A DNA stretch of 63,766 bases, the filler included, from Nemertoderma westbladi (taxonomy: Eukaryota > Animalia > Xenacoelomorpha), in the NCBI GenBank assembly GCA_032718475.1. It is 3 parts of 3 records of this genome, joined end to end, with 100 filler letters (N's around TTAATTAATTAA, not from the genome) between each part and the next. Parts side by side here need not be neighbours in the genome. Positions count along the whole stretch, not along the records: positions 16,432 to 45,070 come from JAUCBJ010008628.1; 2 more parts are not named here. The stretch is one strand, 5' to 3'. Both the position numbers and the translations under genes were made by a program. This document shows positions 25,701 to 36,412 of this stretch, piece after piece. The notes beneath the pieces are model-generated. The model was not told the DNA's origin and made no database searches. It saw only the letters and a program-made list of their open reading frames with translations. Every line of letters begins with the position of its first letter. Positions within the stretch are counted from its first letter, which is position 1.

Positions 25701-27111
25701 TCTGGTCTGGTGTAGCTAATCATAGTATCTCGGGTCTGGTGTAGCTAATTATAGTATCTCTGGTCTGGTGTAGCTAATTATAGTATCTCGGGTCTGGTGT
25801 AGCTAATTATAGTATATCGGGTCTGGTGTAGCTAATTATAGTATCTCGGGTCTAGTGTAGCTAATTAAATAAATCGGGTCTGGTGTAGCTAATTATCGTA
25901 TCTCTGGTCTGGTGTAGCTAATTATAGTATCTCTGGTCTGGTGTAGCTAATTATAGTATCTCTGGTCTGGTGTAGCTAATCATAGTATCTCGGGTCTGGT
26001 GTAGCTAATTATAGTATCTCGGGTCTGGTGTAGCTAATTATAGTATCTCGGGTCTGGTGTAGCTAATTATAGTATATCGGGTCTGGTGTAGCTAATTATA
26101 GTATCTCGGGTCTGGTGTAGCTAATTATAGTATCTCGGGTCTGGTGTAGCTAATTATAGTATCTCGGGTCTGGTGTAGCTAATTATAGTATCTCGGGTCT
26201 GGTGTAGCTAATTATAGTATATCGGGTCTGGTGTAGCTAATTATAGTATCTCGGGTCTGGTGTAGCTAATTATAGTATATCGGGTCTGGTGTAGCTAATT
26301 ATAGTATATCGGGTCTGGTGTAGCTAATTATAGTATATCGGGTCTGGTGTAGCTAATTATAGTATCTCGGGTCTGGTGTAGCTAATTATAGTATATCGGG
26401 TCTGGTGTAGCTAATTATAGTATATCGGGTCTGGTGTAGCTAATTATAGTATATCGGGTCTGGTGTAGCTAATTATAGTATCTCGGGTCTGGTGTAGCTA
26501 ATTATAGTATATCGGGTCTGGTGTAGCTAATTATAGTATATCGGGTCTGGTGTAGCTAATTATAGTATATCGGGTCTGGTGTAGCTAATTATAGTATCTC
26601 TGGTCTGGTGTAGCTAATTATACTATATCGGGTCTGGTGTAGCTAATTATAGTATATCGGGTCTGGTGTAGCTAATTATAGTATCTCGGGTCTGGTGTAG
26701 CTAATTATAGTATCTCGGGTCTGGTGTAGCTAATTATAGTATCTCGGGTCTGGTGTAGCTAATTATAGTATCTCGGGTCTGGTGTAGCTAATTATAGTAT
26801 CTCTGGTCTGGTGTAGCTAATTATAGTATATCGGGTCTGGTGTAGCTAATTATAGTATCTCGGGTCTGGTGTAGCTAATTATAGTATCTCGGGTCTGGTG
26901 TAGCTAATTATAGTATATCGGGTCTGGTGTAGCTAATTATAGTATATCGGGTCTGGTGTAGCTAATTATAGTATATCGGGTCTGGTGTAGCTAATTATAG
27001 TATATCGGGTCTGGTGTAGCTAATTATAGTATATCGGGTCTGGTGTAGCTAATTATAGTATATCGGGTCTGGTGTAGCTAATTATAGTATCTCGGGTCTG
27101 GTGTAGCTAAT
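16732..27111. repeat. 29-bp tandem satellite/minisatellite, ~358 units, with higher-order structure
   Basis: The unit CGGGTCTGGTGTAGCTAATTATAGTAT(C/A)T repeats head to tail with no spacers. Rare variant units recur at offsets of 116, 580 and 4552/4592 bp. Confidence 0.98.
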
Positions 27112-27276
27112 CGGGCCGTTCGGGACGATTACAATTTTTACAAATCAGAATAAAATTATATCGAAGTAGAAAATGTTATTTGTATTAAATTAACGCGAAA
27201 TTAAAAATAAATAAATATCAGTTCGATTTACTCAAAAAGAATTATCTCGAGTTATTAATGTGGAGTCTCGTTAATA

Positions 27277-28006
27277 TCACAATATCGGTCTCAGTGGCTC
27301 GGTATCGCTCGACTCGGTTGTGTCGCCGACGGATGGAGTCAGACTGGCCCGACAGAGGCCCCAGAAGCTGCGGGGAGTGAGGCCCTTGGTGACCGCGTGG
27401 AACTTCCAACCGAGATGGGCGCGGCACCGCTTACACTGTCCCATCGTCCAGGCGTAGCCCGGGAACCAGGAGGCCTCGGTGGACGGGCGACCGATCAGTC
27501 GGACGCCGACGGCGCGGTGGAGGGTCACGGTGTCGTGGACCCAGCCCTGGGGGTTCACGTAGGCCGCCATGGGACCGCCCCGGGACATACTGAACATATC
27601 GGAGTTGGAGGCGATCCGATGGGGGTTGGGACACCCGCGGCAGCACAGAACCGTGCAGGAAGCCAAGAGGAACAGTTCCAGTCGGAGTCGTTGGATCGAG
27701 TTGTCCAACTCGAGTAGACGGAGTCGGAGTCTGTCGGGGACCGGCAGGTTGGCGGCCACCCAGTAGCTGAACTCGATCTGGGTGGTGGGCATCTGGGACT
27801 CGGACAGACCGCTGTTCCACGACAGGAGTTCCAGTTTGATCTGAATGGTCAGGAGGTCTGGGTCGTACTGTTTGTACAGCCAGGCCGGCCAATGGGTGGC
27901 CAGCGATGGCCGTCGCAGTTGGGCGCGTTTATAGCGAATGAACTCGGGGTTAGAGAGGCTGGACACCTGATTGGTTGCTACGGAATGGATCAACTGCCGC
28001 GCCCAT
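27277..28006 (-). CDS. CRBN: Cereblon, coding exon 4 (helical domain end + CULT/thalidomide-binding domain, stop)
   Basis: WPAWLYKQYD, FSYWVAANLP, IQRLRLEL, Zn ligands CCRGC and CKRC, [32 protein letters not shown] and FWGLCR match human CRBN. The acceptor TTTTCCGTTTTTAG|A is phase 2, compatible with exon 3. Confidence 0.95.
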
Positions 28007-28231
28007 CTAAAAACGGAAAACGGCAAAGTGAAACATGTGGGTGTGTCATATATGGGGGGGGGGGGGGGGGGGGGGCAGGGAGGCGTTACGTTATGTAACA
28101 GGTATTATGAGTGAGAGAAGATATTAAATTATTTCATAATAGATTAACTAGCGGCCCGTGAAGGTCAACTAATGACAACTAAAACTCAACTCATTACCGT
28201 CTCCTCGCTGCTCTGGACAAGTTTCGTTTAA

Positions 28232-29515
28232 CCCTATCTCGCCCGGGCTATTTTACAACGTAATAGGCCCGAAAATTGGATCAAAAATTAAAATGTTGAT
28301 GGTATAAGGGTTTCCTAGGTCGATGATCACGATAAAACTTGTTAAAAATATTTTCTGGTAATGCAACAATCATTTTTAGTGCCATTTTGGTCCCCCAGGA
28401 CGAAAAGTACAAGTAAAAATGTCAAATTAATTCACATAAACTTTATCTAAAATATTTGCTTACCATCGCTATGACAACAGGTAGAATGAGTAGAATATCC
28501 CGTGACTAACAAAGATATTATGTAAAAGTTTAGATTACATTATGTCATGTGGCTTGTTAAAAATTATCTTTAATGTGGCCAACAAGTATCCTGTCATCGA
28601 CTTATATGTTTTTCATTACAATTGTGGTACATTTCCTGTGTAACAATATATTCTCGGAAATACACCGGGTCTGTCGGAGATTAATAGGATATTCTTACTA
28701 AACGGGATTCTATCCACTAAATCTAATTTTAAAGTTGCTGGGTTTCCTCCAGAGTGGCTTAGCGATGGGGTTATTGTATCTCGGACTTACAAAGTCAGGG
28801 GTAAAAGGTATACTGTTTATGTTAATTAATGGGATATGTTGTTCGCTATAAGATAAATAAATAATAAGTTCAGCAAACATTAACCTAAACACAATATATG
28901 ATATCGGAGAGCCGTCATACCTCGTGTATTCGGCGTGTCAGTAGTCATCCGTGTGTGCAACAGTGTCGGTCAACGTATGCGCGTCCGTAATGACCATACC
29001 CGGGCCAGGTATGGCATGAAGGTGGTGTGGTACTTGCGTACCGCCGGCACCCCCAACCTGCACGTTTACTGAGCGACCCCGAGGCTGACCTCCCAGCATA
29101 TGGATTCTGTCGCCGCCGCCGTAACGAGCATGCATCACACAGACTCCAAGAAACAGATGGGATTGGAAGATGTAAACCAATAATGACTTACATCAACCAA
29201 ACAAACTGCCTCCCGACTAATGTGATACACAGTCGTATAAGCAGACAAATTACAATCACAATTAGTGCGATGTTTGAATGTTATACATATCCGCACCCTG
29301 GGAAACGGCCCCAAAGATCAGTTTACTCTGCCAAGGGATTTGATCAGCATCCCAAAAACTCTTATGGTCATAAAATATATTTGATTTCGTGGTGATTTTT
29401 CATACCATATTTGCACTACTTGTTTTTTCGTGCCCCGAAATCTCGGTTTTCCCAACAAACCCGAATCAAAGATACAGATAAATTCTAAAATGGGACCCTC
29501 CCGGGCCAAATAGGG
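28232..29515 (+). mobile_element. Internally deleted piggyBac element in CRBN intron 3
   Basis: TTAA TSDs at 28228-28231 and 29516-29519. TIRs CCCTATCTCGCCCGGG and CCCGGGCCAAATAGGG. Internal scraps YGMKVVW, VTSMHH and KPIMTYINQT resemble piggyBac transposase motifs. Confidence 0.85.
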
Positions 29516-30034
29516 TTAAGTCTTAAGTCAAGATATTACAGTACAGTTTGGCCAATATGAAAACTCCTGTACGCCGTACCTATAGACCGGACCGCAGCCC
29601 CATCTACAGTATGGATCATGTCCGAGATGGGCGGGTAGAGACCGTTGTTAGATTTATTGAGTGTATGAATGGTCCTTCGTTTAAGATGTTGGATGTTCTC
29701 CTATCGTATCGAATACATAATGGAAAAGTTTCGTTTTAGTCTACTTGTATAGTCGATAAGATTTGGTCATATAAGGACTAATATTCCTTTAAAATGTGAT
29801 AGACCCCCAGCCCAACCAGGTCGTGGTCACCCAGGACTAAGGTGATGGATGATCCTAGCGAGTATGGACGAGTTTCCTTTAACTATAGTCGAGATTTATC
29901 TAGTTTCGGATTCGGCCAATCAGAGCGTCCCATTCTACACTAACTCACTCATTGTCGACACGATTTCTAGGATTCCTTACAGAAAGTAACCAGGCGGTTC
30001 CTAATTACCATGTATGACGTCATATCCGACTAAC

Positions 30035-30234
30035 CCGGCGTGTTGTACACCACGTAGCGGATGTTGCAGGATCCGCTCTGCTTGTATTTGTATATTAGCC
30101 ATGAGCACACCGGTGCTGGTCTGTCTGCAATCCTTTAAACAGAAACGTTGACGACCTATCGCTTTCACTTTAATGTTGTCGATACCAGCCTCAATATCCT
30201 CTTTGGTCGATATAACCTCCGCCGTAGTGCCCAC
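30035..30234 (-). CDS. CRBN: Cereblon, coding exon 3 (Lon-like domain)
   Basis: VGTTAEVISTKEDIEAGIDNIKVKAIGRQRF matches human GTTAEIY...VKVKAIGRQRF. Acceptor TAACAG|GTG; the donor GCCGG|GTTAGT gives phase 2. Confidence 0.9.
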
Positions 30235-30333
30235 CTGTTAGTTAGGGAAAAAGGTACAATTAATTGAGTAAATCAATGAATCAGCTGTTAAACATGTTAT
30301 ACCGTTAGATCCTGGTATTAATTAGACACTAAC

Positions 30334-30510
30334 GTTGGATAGATGCATTGTATTGGATGTTTCATCGAGAGTTACGGTCAATACTGCGAGAGTTCGATCG
30401 GTGGAAAGAACCTGTCTTATTGTCGATATATCGCGGTTGGAGTGAAGGTTCAATGGTAGAGTCTGTCCGGGGAAGAGCACAACATTGGGGAGGGGGAGGG
30501 CGGGAATTAT
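30334..30510 (-). CDS. CRBN: Cereblon, coding exon 2 (not in the ORF track)
   Basis: My translation IIPALPLPNVVLFPGQTLPLNLHSNRDISTIRQVLSTDRTLAVL matches human VIPVLP..MILIPGQTLPL...KDRTFAVL. Acceptor TTACAG|ATA, donor AAC|GTTAGT, 177 nt, phase 0/0. Confidence 0.9.
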
Positions 30511-30739
30511 CTGTAATGGGAGAAGTTAGTACAATTGATATATGGGGCTGATAAGCTATCGTAATAATAATAAGCCCAATAATATTCCTTCGGCTTGTTC
30601 CTTCATTGTGATTTGAACCGGGCTAAAAAGACAAAATTTCAGTATACGCGTCAACATCTAGGCCTACTGAGTCTACAATATACCGGTACTGAGTATAAAT
30701 AAATACTCACGGCAGAACGGTATCGAACATTACCTTCTA

Positions 30740-31012
30740 GGTTCCACCTTGGAGTAGTGGTTGCATTGGATTCATATCTCGCAGAGGTCGTGGGTTATCA
30801 ATCCCCGCATGGGCCAGGGTAGTTTTCGTTTCGGCACGAATGCTTTGAAGGGACCAGCCAGGGCGCATCTCTGCCTTGCATCCTTAGGTAGCTAAACGAG
30901 TACTAGAGTTTCCTCTGGGGAGTAAAGTTCTGGGGGGACCGCACTGGGAATAAGTCGTCCGGCGTAGTGCGTAATCCTTGTGCTAACGGCCGAAGAAAAT
31001 TTACTTTTTTTA
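30740..31012 (+). mobile_element. tRNA-derived SINE in CRBN intron 1, with a Meta-like central domain
   Basis: A-box TGGAGTAGTGG (30750-30760) and degenerate B-box GGTTATCAATCCC (30793-30805). Central CTCTGCCTTGCATCCTTAGGTAGCTAAACGAGTAC...GGGGAGTAAAG resembles the conserved SINE domain CTCAGCCTTCCATCCT..GGTAAAATGAGTACC (recalled). T-rich tail. Confidence 0.7.
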
Positions 31013-31052
31013 CATGCCAAACTGATTACCTACCGGTACCAGTCACGTTTAC

Positions 31053-31322
31053 CTGACAACTGTTATCATCTAGCAGTGTTCTTCCACTATACTCCTCTAA
31101 ATCGTTACCAAGGTACGAATGGCTCAATGGAAGGTTCGTGTCATAAGTTATGTGATGATCAGGAGCAGCCAAAGAATAGCTACCGGTAGCGACAGATTGG
31201 TCGGCGACAGGAATGACTGCGACAATCCCTTCGTCATTGTGGTGCGGTTCTCGCGCATCCTCATCGGCATCTAGATCTTCGGCGATCGCTAGTAGTGGTT
31301 CTATATCATCATTATCAGCCAT
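31053..31322 (-). CDS. CRBN: Cereblon, coding exon 1
   Basis: An acidic N-terminus is followed by [33 protein letters not shown], matching human [33 protein letters not shown]. Donor CAG|GTAAAC at 31052. Confidence 0.92.
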
Positions 31323-33916
31323 TCATTCTGCAGTTCCAGTTCCAGTAGCGGAAGCTGCGTTCAACTGTTACTTATGGTTCTACTCTACACTGTACACTAC
31401 TTGTATCCTATTGTACTGTATGTCAGATACAGGAACGGAAACTGCAGAAGTATAAAGTATAACACCGACAACAGTCAGTGAGACAGTGACTACCACCGAC
31501 AAAAACTAATAATAATAGCAACACACCGAGATATGATATATGAAAATCGTTAATGATTTAATTAACCATTACGTTTTGCAATATAATAATTTAAAACAGC
31601 TGAACAGATAATTTATGAAGGCGGTATTATATTTTAAAAGGAATTATGATGACTAATTACACCACCCTGCCACCGAAAACAGACCGACAGTGGACAATAT
31701 ACTTTATTACAAATATTTGGACTGGAAAATTAAAATGTATAATCCAATCATGTACGGTACTGAAATAGTTTACTAATATTGTTAAACTTGTCGGCATATT
31801 GTCTGTTTAAAATTTTACAGTACCTGTCGGTTTGCGTCGGTTTGTGTCGGTTTGTGTCTTTTGTTGTCGGTGGCATATGCGAAAGGTGTCGGTGGCGTAT
31901 TTAGTCAAACCCCAGAAATGTGCTACGCTCGGCAATGAGCCTGAAGGGTCGGCGCAGATATGTGCTACGCCAGGGAGCACCTGCAATGATAGAGATGCTG
32001 AGTTCGGCGCAGTAGGCGTCGAAATATGCCCGGTGTCGTTGCTGCAGAAATTGACCCGGTGCTGGGCAGGAATCACCCCAGCACACCCGGCATAGATATT
32101 AGCCTGGCGCAGAAATCAGCCGAACTCAGCACCAGGTGCCAGGCAGACAGTGACACTGATACAACAGATACAGAGATATGCATCAGACCAACAGCACAGC
32201 AACACAACAACTGGCCATGCAGGCAGGCAGGGGGCAGAATGGAAACTCACACTGCTGCACTGACTGACAGGTCATTTATTTATGTATTTAACACAAGGGC
32301 TACTATACAGTACTCAGTAGTACAGTAGTAGTCCTTGATTTAACCTTACTGCCTTATGCAATAGAGGCAGGTAGGCTATCACAATATTCAGCTATCAGCT
32401 GATCAATCATTCATTATTGGTCAGTCAGTTTATTCATTTACATATTGCAGTATTGCTGTGTATATAAGCTAGGCCTATTGATAATGAAACAATTTACTAC
32501 TATACAGCTAGTCGCTATTCATTATTCATTCAGACATAACGTATTGCGAATATTCTTTCCATTTTCTTATTGTAAAATTTGAGTAATTTCAAAAAATGTG
32601 TATTACTATGCAGTGTTTCTTAAGTAGTTCAGTTCAGTAGTTGTTTCGTAATGTTACACTTTTGGAATAAAACAACCTACCTACTGTACTTGTTGCATTT
32701 TCTTTACGGTTTTCCGTCTCTGTCAGTCTGTATCCTTATTTTCCTTTTTATTACATACAGTACATGTTTAATTTATGCATATACTACGCAGGTGCAGTAT
32801 TATAGTTAACAGATTAAACTTAAACAGGTACTGTACAGAATGTAACAGGCAGATTTTATATTTTATACCCGTCAGCCCGATGCAGCTTTGAAGAGCCGGC
32901 GGAAGATTTTTCGTCCGGTGCAGCATTTTCCATTGCACAGAGCCAGCGCAGGATTTTTTGCACCCGGCGTCGCGTTTGGCGCAGGAAATAAAACTTTTCA
33001 ATACGGTCAGCACCTTCGAATCTACAAAAATTATCCAGCCGATTTTTTAAATTATTAATTTTTAATTAAATTAAAATTTATTAATTAAAATTAATTGAAA
33101 TTTTCAATAATATAAAAAAAAATTAGTCAAGATCATCAAAAAACCTTTCAAACGAGCCATAAATTATCGAATTTGGGTGAAAAACGGCGGAGTAGTATTT
33201 TGAAAAATGGAAATATCGTGAAATGTAATTCCAAGATAATTTGATTTAAAGTTTGAACCTTCCCGCTCAAACTACTGTACTGTAGACTGTCTGTAGACTG
33301 TCTAGTCTGTTAATGGGTCAGTAATGTTTGTCACTACAGTATGGCTTCATACCACCTCACTAAAATTATCAATATGGGGGTTTTCGGGGTCGGTAATTTC
33401 ATTTCTGATGTCAGTTTTTAATGTTTGGTGGTATCTAATATGTCTGTCTGACAGTTTGTCTGTCTGTCTGTCTTCCAAATTTTGACGTACAAAGTGTAGA
33501 TAGAGGGTATCCACATGGATGGATACCGAAGTCCAACCAGATGTGCAGCAAGATCTAGAGGCGAAACCTGAAGTCCTTGGATGTGTCCAAGCTCTGCATA
33601 CAGGCAGATCCAAAGTCGCTTGAACTGTCCTGTCATAATGGGATTTATCTCGGCGCTAACGGAGTGCTGTCACGGCATTTTGTGCGATATGCTAATCAGG
33701 GTCGTGGTTCGATGAGCTACTGTATTTGAGCTCTACTATACAGTATATAACGAACTGATCGAAATAATGGGATATCAAGTCAGGGGTAAGTTGTGAAACG
33801 TAAAAACATCGAAGTACTAGGGGGCCTATACTCAATTACTGTAGACTCTACTCCAGATAAAGCTCACATCGATCAATTAAAATTTTTATTTCGATATCTC
33901 TAAGAGGAAAATCCAG

Positions 33917-34415
33917 TTGAGCGTTTCTTCACATTTCTTCCGAAAAGCAGCCGAAGATGATGTCTTGAAGGAATGTGTAATCGATCTGGGCGACTGCCGT
34001 GGTCACAGCTACGATAATGCCAGTGAAATGTCTAGCAAGTATATAATGGTTTGCAGCAGAAAGTTTGTGATAGAGGAGTCCACTACTGCAGCTGCATGGA
34101 TTCCATGTGTAATATCGTTGCTGAGTTTCCTCGGGATCTTGATAACGCATATACTGTTGCAGATGAGTTGCCTATTTGGCCAGTTCGCAAAGTCCTACAA
34201 TTGACTTGAAAGAACATAATACTTCATAGTTGAGATTTTCTAATATGGACTGTTGTATCATAACAACTTGATCTCTTCATTTCCTAATGTTGCAACTGTT
34301 TTGCAAATGTACCTGGTCCTCATGATTTCTAACTGCAGTGAAGAACGATCGTTTTCAAAACTGAAATTAGTTTTAAATCGTCTGCGCTCTACTATGAGTC
34401 GCAGATGCGGTTAAC
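33917..34415 (+). mobile_element. Degenerate, internally deleted hAT transposase remnant (ZMYM1/Tip100-like)
   Basis: CRGHSYDNASEMS...AWIPC, then in a later frame the dimerisation motif FPNVATVLQMYLVLMISNCSEERSFSKLKLVLNRLRSTMS. Confidence 0.78.
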
Positions 34416-34699
34416 TATTCTTTGTGTGATTATAATCAAACTATAACATGGAGTGTATGCCGGCAATAGACAATTGAGTATACCTTGGAATATAGATTGA
34501 GTATTCCATGCGAGTATACTGAGATACTTTATTGAGATTATATATTCTATATTTTATGCTACTGTCCCTCTAAAAAGATGCAATATTAATAAGACAAAAC
34601 CCAAACCTAACGAATTAAAGAAACTACTGTAGTAAAGAGGAAAGTTGTATCTCACAGGGAATGACGCGACAATCCCACCACAGCAAATAAAATGAAATA

Positions 34700-35051
34700 T
34701 AGAGCTAGTTGTGAATAATTTATAATTACAAAATAAAACTAAGATTTCGAAAAGGAGGATAAGATTTTGAGTTCTGATAAACCAAGTGACTTCTACAAAT
34801 ATATTAACTCTAAACGCGCTATACCATCCGGTGTTGCAGCACTAATGTCGAGTAATGGTGAATTAGTTACAGACCCCAGAGGCAAAGCTGAAATCCTAAA
34901 TGATCAATTCACATCGGTGTTTACAGATGACAATGGAATTAATCCTCCAATGACCCCACGCGCGAACCCCGATATCTCAATTCAAGATATAGATATAACG
35001 CCCCATGCAATTACAAAACTTTTATCTCTCCTCCCAGATACATATTCTGAT
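34700..35051 (+). mobile_element. CR1-clade LINE ORF2 remnant, 5' part (interrupted by Mutator copy 2)
   Basis: KPSDFYKYINSKR...KAEILNDQFTSVFT...ITKLLSLLPDTYSD. The reading resumes after the TSD at 38949 with TPDGIPSGVLK. Confidence 0.82.
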
Positions 35052-35391
35052 GGCAGTGATTTTTTATGTCCTTTTATTTGACTTTTTTTGTCCTTTTTTT
35101 TTACGAATTATGCATAACGACTTTTGTTGTCCTTTTAATGACTTTTATTGTCCTTTTAATGACTTTTTATGTATGTATTTCTTCAAACTGTCAGACTGCT
35201 GATTTCTGGACTGTCAGACAGTTGATTTCACTATGCCTGTGCCAAAACATTCCATGATTCCATGATTTATAGACTATGAGATAGATTTCCATGTGCGCCT
35301 GTGGTAAAAAGACTCTATATTTAATAGTTTGTGGTTGTTGTCGATAATCGATTACCACATGACGTAGCAAAACACTCATTTTATAACCAAT

Positions 35392-36289
35392 TGATGGAAA
35401 GGAGCAGGTTAAGGCCGAGTTTTCTAACCAAAACAATAAACAGTCACTTTACCAAATCAGGGAAAGGAGCAGGTTACAGAGACGGGATTTTCTAACCAAA
35501 ACAATAAACGATCACTTAACTAATTGAGGGAAAGGAGCAGGTTACAGAGGCGGGATTTTCTAACTAAAACAATAAACGATCACTTAACTTATTGATGGAA
35601 AGGAGCAGGTTACAGAGGCGGGATTTTCTAACCAAAACAATAAACGATCATTTAACTAATTGAGGGAAAGGGACAGGTTACAGAGGCGGAATTTTCTAAC
35701 CAAAACAATAAACGATCACTTAACTAATTGAGTGAAAGGAGCAGGTTACAGAGGCGGGATTTTCTAACCAAAATAATAAACGATCATTTAACTAATTGAG
35801 GGAAAGGGGCAGGTTACAGAGGCGGGCCTTTCTAACCAAAACAATAAACGGTCACTTTACCAATTCAGGGAAAGGAGCAGGTTACAGAGGCGGGATTTTC
35901 TAACCAAAACAATAAACGATCATTTAACTAATTGAGGGAAAGGGGCAGGTTACAGAGGCGGTATTTTCTAACCAAAACAATAAACGATTATTTAACTAAT
36001 TGAGGGAAAGGAGCACGTTACAGAGACGGGATTTTCTAACCAAAACAATAAACGATAACATTACCAATTGAGAGAAAGGAGCAGGTTACAGAGGCGGGAT
36101 TTTCTAACCAAAACAATAAACGATAACATTACCAATTGAGGGAAAGGAGCAGGTTACAGAGGCGGGATTTTCTAACCAAAACAATAAACGATCACTTAAC
36201 TAATTGAGGGAAAGGAGTAGGTTAAGGCCGGATTTTCTAACCAAAACAATAAACAGTCACTTTACCAAATCAGGGAAAGGAGCAGGTTA
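35392..36289. repeat. 68-bp minisatellite (~13 units) inside Mutator-like copy 2
   Basis: Same unit as 5005-5800, with a different order of variants. Confidence 0.95.
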
Positions 36290-36412
36290 TCCGTAACACT
36301 ACTCAGACAGTAGTCATGATCCATTATTGATTATAAAACTAATACAGTAATAGGCCTAAATTATGTGAAAGGTATATCCACATTTTCCACAATCCTGCAA
36401 TCCAGTTTGGCC

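Noticed and set aside
16732-27111. 29-bp repeat array as a CRISPR array
   Set aside because: Units are directly head to tail with no unique spacers, there are no cas genes, and the context is eukaryotic with spliced genes.
27242-28098. Overlapping alternative-frame and antisense ORFs over CRBN exon 4
   Set aside because: They are expected from high GC and few stop codons, and contain no recognisable motifs.
28938-29180. GC-rich segment as an additional CRBN exon
   Set aside because: Exons 3 and 4 already join in phase to give a full-length protein. The segment lies inside a piggyBac element and resembles transposase on the opposite strand.
30740-30815. tRNA gene
   Set aside because: The B-box is disrupted, there is no clean cloverleaf, and it continues into a SINE body and tail.
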